From Leucoraja erinacea (Eukaryota): a stretch of 64,000 nucleotides of DNA. This document shows positions 61,047 to 64,000 of this stretch, in pieces. The stretch is from assembly GCF_028641065.1 (NCBI RefSeq), contig NC_073403.1:31558001-31622000 (forward strand). Reading direction: 5' to 3'. Made by a program: the position numbers and the translations under genes. The notes beneath the pieces are model-generated. The model searched no databases. It had not been told where the DNA came from and worked only from the letters and a program-made list of their open reading frames with translations. Numbering within the stretch: the stretch's first letter is position 1; every line of letters starts with the position of its first letter.

Positions 61047-63082
61047 TGTAATTTAATCCCCTGTGTTTCCAACATCAGTATAAAATACCTCAGGAGCATT
61101 GGCCTTGATTGGAAAATAAATGAATTTATTGACATGTAGCACAATGCCTCCACCCTCTTCATCTCTGCCCATTGCTGTACTACCCTGCCCGATACCCGTC
61201 GTAAAGTTGCCTCGTGGAGTGGTGAGGCCCGAGTGTCACTGTCCACCAGTGGGTCTGGCCATTGCACATCTCTCTGCTTGTTCCATGTAGCCATCCATGT
61301 TCCTTGCACAGAAATTGGGCTAGAGACTTAATCATGAGCACTATTCCCTCTTAGACAATGTTTCCAGAACGGTTTTATCATGATCAGTTTTGACCAAGAA
61401 CGTCCATTAATTCACCGCCTTCCCTGAACATCAGCCATGCTGCCATTCCATTACTGCATCTAACAGTTTCTCAGAGTGATCCAGTGTCTTATCCTGGTCA
61501 TTTGTTTAGAGTCTTAGATTAATAACTCGTGAAAAAGGGCCCTAAAGCCCAACTCGTTCATACCAACTAAGTTGCCTGCCTCAGTTAATCCCATTTGATG
61601 GCATTTAGTCCAAACCCCTCTGAGCCTTTACTATCCATGTACCTGTCCAAATGTTTTTTAAATGTTGTTATTGTACCTGCCTCAATCACCCTCTCTGACA
61701 GCTTGTTCCATCTACGTGGAGAACATAGAATAGTGAACAAAGAACAATGCAGCCATTCGGCCCACAATATCTGTACCGACATAATGCCAATTCCAATTCT
61801 TATCAGCCTGCACATGATCCAGATCCCTCCATTCTCTGCATATTGATATGCCTATGCAAAAGTCTATTAAACACCACTATTATATCTGCCTCCACCACCA
61901 CCCCTGGCAGCACATTCCAGCACCTACCACCATCAATGTAAAAAAAAAACTGCCCCTCGCATCTCCTTTAAAATTTGCCGCACTCACTTTAAAACTATGT
62001 GTATTTGATATTTCAATCCTGGGGAAAAATGTCCTGACCTCAAACACTCTGTAGGCCCCTCATAATTTTATATACATGTCAGAAGTGATAGGAGCAGAAC
62101 TAGGCCATATGGCCCATCAAATCTACTCCGTCATTCAATCGTGGCTGATCTATCGGTTCTACAGATACTTCTATCATTTGTATCCTCAACCTCCAGCATG
62201 TTGCAGAGAAAACCAATTCAAGTCTGTCCACTCTCTCCCTATAGCTAGCCCTCCTTATTCCAGGCAGCATTCTGTTAAACCCCCTCATGCTTTCCAACGA
62301 GCCCTGTTTTGTTACAGGAGCTGCATGCATTACTCCAAATGCAGCTGACTCAAAGTTACACCATGACCTCCGGACCCATGCGCACAATGCCCCCACCAAT
62401 GCCCCCGCCAGTGAGGGCAAACATACCATCAGCCTTCTCAACACTCTACCTCTTTGTGTTGCCACTTTCAGGGAGTTATGGACTTCGACCCCAAGATCCT
62501 TTTCTACATCAATGCTAATTATCGTATATTTTCCCCTTGCATTTCACCTCCCAAAGTGCAACATCTCGTACTTGCTTGGATTGAACCCCATCTGCCATTT
62601 TTCCGTCAATTATTGTAGCTGATCTATATCCCACTGTATACCTTGACTGCCTCACAGTCTGCGACCCTAGCTATCTTGGTGTCATCTGCAAACTTTCTAA
62701 CCAACCCATCTATGTGTACATCCAAGTATATATGTATAACAACGGAAGTCATCGCGTCATTCAACACAGAAACAGGCCCTTCGCTCCACCTCGTCCATGC
62801 TGACCAAGATGCTCCATCTAAGCTAGACTGATTTGTCTATGTTTGGCCCAGACCACTCTAACCTTTCCTGTCCAAAATCCTGACTTTGAAATGTTGTTGT
62901 AGTATCTGCCTCAACTACCTCCTCTGGCATTTCATTGCATATACCCACCACCCTCTGTTGCCTCTTGAAGGAAGGAAAGCATACCATACACCTTTACCAC
63001 TTATTCTACTTGTGTTTTCTCGGTGTGCTTAATACTAAGATGTTTTGCTGGAGTTGATGGGCTGCTTTGTTCTCTTCAACAG

Positions 63083-63208
63083 CTGTCTACAAGAACCCTG
63101 TGGTCAGCACCGAAACTGCGGACACCAAGAAAATAAAAACCAAACTAAAGAAGTTCCTACAGCGGAGACCTACGCTGCAGACTGTGAGGGACAAAGGTTA
63201 TATCCAAG
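63083..63208 (+). CDS. ARHGAP27: ARHGAP27-like exon (phase 1-1): (S)VYKNPVVSTETADTKKIKTKLKKFLQRRPTLQTVRDKGYIQ; RhoGAP domain follows beyond the window
   Basis: Acceptor ttgttctcttcaacag, donor AAG|gtaagg, 126 nt; KFLQRRPTLQ-x-KGYI is the pre-RhoGAP motif of ARHGAP9/12/15/27. Confidence 0.94.
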
Positions 63209-63714
63209 GTAAGGGTATTAGACTGCCCAGAAACTGTGGGCAGTGTTGAGGCAGCCATTTATTTTCAGCCACTTTGCTTTATCTGGAGCATCTCAGAATT
63301 AAATGGTGTCTCAATTGAACTCATTATTTCTAATCCTGGTAACAAACTGATCAGCATCCACTGACATCCACTTTGGTGCAGGCCGCATTTTACTCTGTCA
63401 CCATGTTGCAGGTTGAGCGAGCTGCATCTGTTTTTGGACAGAAGCCCCAAGGTTCTGCATGGTTTTTCATCCCTGTCCTTTCACTAAATAATTACTGCCT
63501 GCACAAATGCAGCAGTAAGCGGTGGACATCCTGTTGCAACTGGGTGAACAGACCACAGGAAAATATAGCCCGCGGTGAGGATCGCAGAAAGCAAACGGTC
63601 GTATATTTTTACTACAATATGTATTCAGTCAGCGCACGTTCCAATTTTAGACTGTGTGCTTCATGGTCACGATGGCAGTCTCTTGATGAGGTCCATACAA
63701 TGTGTGCTATGATG

Positions 63715-64000
63715 TATGTGTTTCTCCGATTGCATTGGATGAAGTTCAGCCCAGACCATCACACAAACCAACCTCCCTTCCATTGACTCCGTTTATACAC
63801 CACGCTGCCTCGGCACGGCCAGCAGCATAATCAAGGCGGAGTTGCACCCTGGCCACTCCCTCTTCTCCCCTCTCCCATCGGGCAAAAGATATAGAAGTGT
63901 GAAAGCGCACACCTCCAGATTCAGGGACAGTTTCTTCTCAGCTGTTATCAGGCATCTACACCATCCTACCACAAGCAGTCCTGAACTACTATCTACCTTG
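63715..64000 (+). mobile_element. Rex1/Babar-like LINE 3' end (similar remnants at about 11700-12080, 14470-14800, 15330-15890)
   Basis: ataatcaagg...caccctggccactccctcttc...cccatcgggcaaaagatatagaag...ttcagggacagtttcttc matches the C-terminus of the 33739 element family. Confidence 0.8.

Overview
Vertebrate nuclear DNA, not prokaryotic. The repeat landscape (CR1, Rex1/Babar, Penelope-like elements, tRNA-derived SINEs) points to a cartilaginous fish such as a skate or ray; this is inference. The window holds the middle of one + strand spliced gene, an ARHGAP27-like WW/PH/RhoGAP protein. Eleven GT-AG exons between 18157 and 63208 join in frame and encode the WW repeats, the PH domain and the linker up to the start of the RhoGAP domain. 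Any SH3 exon and the RhoGAP exons are not in the window. A candidate alternative first coding exon (ATG GCA AAG|gt, 17823-17831) lies 325 bp upstream of the first recognised exon. Nearly everything else is intronic, nested transposable elements: CR1, L2, L1, Rex1/Babar (one with an uninterrupted ~790-codon ORF), a Vingi/Ingi-like LINE, Penelope-like elements whose terminal repeats carry minimal hammerhead-ribozyme motifs, an IR/DR Tc1, four PIF/Harbinger-type MITEs, a hAT MITE, two unclassified TIR families, a probable Helitron and a 44-bp minisatellite. Local rearrangements are also visible: a 1.56-kb tandem duplication, a templated insertion with a 93-bp flanking duplication, a 388-bp palindrome and an inverted CR1 pair. 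I see no clearly new gene system. The most unusual items are the dispersed hammerhead motifs and these rearrangements.
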